Origin: Candidatus Caldarchaeum sp.
GTDB lineage: Archaea > Thermoproteota > Nitrososphaeria_A > Caldarchaeales > Caldarchaeaceae
Direction of reading: 5' to 3'
DNA: 64,000 nt
Assembly: GCA_038890155.1 (NCBI GenBank)
Contig: JAWAFZ010000002.1
Location: forward strand, 10,774 to 74,773
Position numbers and translations under genes: made by a program. This document shows positions 63,651 through 64,000 of the stretch, piece by piece. Below the pieces are notes generated by a model, which was given only the letters and a program-made list of their open reading frames with translations, had not been told where the DNA came from and ran no database searches. Each line of letters opens with the position of its first letter. The first letter of the stretch is position 1.

Positions 63651-64000
63651 ATGGAGAGAGCGAAAATTGTTGAGAACGCCACCATAGTTGGGGCGTTGAT
63701 ACTTTTCGCAATAATAGGCTTCGAGTCCTGGCTTGTTCTGAACCAGCTTGAGGCCGAACGGCCCGCGGACATAGTCATACGTGTCGAGGCTCGACAGTTC
63801 GCCTGGCAGTTCATCTACCCCGACGGCTCGACTCAGGCAGAGATTCGAGTAAAAGCTGGGCAGACGGTCAAGCTGGAGCTCCACTCCGCCGACGTTATCC
63901 ACAGCTTCTTCATACACGACTTCGGGCTGAAGAAAGACGTGATACCTGGGAAAACCAACGTCCTCTACTTCACTCCTCAAGTACCTGGAAAATACTTAAT
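63651..64000 (+). CDS. Heme-copper oxidase subunit II (cupredoxin), 5' fragment running off the right edge
   Basis: ATG 63651, open to the window end. An N-terminal TM precedes VEARQFAWQFIYPDG...VKLELHSADVIHSFFIHDFGLKKDVIPGKTN, typical of the CoxII cupredoxin domain. Confidence 0.75.
   Translation, partial: MERAKIVENATIVGALILFAIIGFESWLVLNQLEAERPADIVIRVEARQFAWQFIYPDGSTQAEIRVKAGQTVKLELHSADVIHSFFIHDFGLKKDVIPGKTNVLYFTPQVPGKYL

Noticed and set aside
1-64000. A search for CRISPR arrays, IS elements, integrases, rRNA genes, inteins and tRNA introns
   Set aside because: I could see no regularly spaced direct repeats and no transposase or integrase motifs in any ORF of 60 aa or more. There are no rRNA-like conserved stretches. 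PolB and the other large proteins are collinear with no intein blocks, and both tRNAs fold with no intron. A manual scan cannot exclude short or degenerate elements.

Overview
This is a gene-dense chromosomal segment from an archaeon, roughly nine-tenths coding. Genes pack tightly, with many 1-40 nt overlaps, frequent GTG/TTG starts, and A/T-rich TATA-like boxes about 25-40 nt upstream of start codons. I support about 70 protein genes and 2 intron-less tRNAs (Thr-CGT, Ile-GAT). I saw no rRNA, CRISPR array, transposase or integrase. All calls come from reading the translated ORFs for family motifs; no database search was possible.

Gene content, left to right:
- Liv-type ABC transporter.
- Canonical nurA-herA-mre11-rad50 operon.
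- ALDH (P5C dehydrogenase-like), archaeal PPAT, TldD, a PDCD5-like protein, protoglobin, a biotin-ligase-like protein, nucleoside phosphorylase, PyrD, PrpD plus (methyl)citrate synthase, and TrpRS.
- A eukaryote-type topoisomerase IB.
- A DsrE-TusA-SQR-ArsR sulfur cluster.
- 6-phosphogluconate dehydrogenase, HisC and an FrhB-family protein.
- Three paralogous small wHTH proteins beside a second NurA-HerA pair. That pair is translationally coupled to ogg, an NSUN RNA methyltransferase and NIP7.
- A GT-C membrane glycosyltransferase, agmatinase, family-B DNA polymerase, a detached nuoBCD module, rhomboid, Pth2, SAM hydrolase, NMNAT, RtcA and proteasome beta.
- RbkR-type riboflavin kinase and RibL, diphthine synthase with a C-terminal extension, an HDAC-family protein and a Y-family polymerase.
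- A thiamine cluster (ThiW, ThiDN), an F420-type LLM oxidoreductase, a short heme A synthase, and the start of cytochrome oxidase subunit II.

Topoisomerase IB, protoglobin, Nuo, heme-copper oxidase and F420 enzymes together suggest an aerobic TACK-type archaeon related to Thaumarchaeota or Aigarchaeota. That is only an inference.

Most interesting candidates:
- The locus at 33.7-37.6 kb: the triplet of uncharacterised two-module wHTH paralogs plus the extra NurA/HerA pair.
- A Rad50 with no CxxC zinc hook.
- An unexplained 0.72 kb non-coding gap upstream of the nurA operon.
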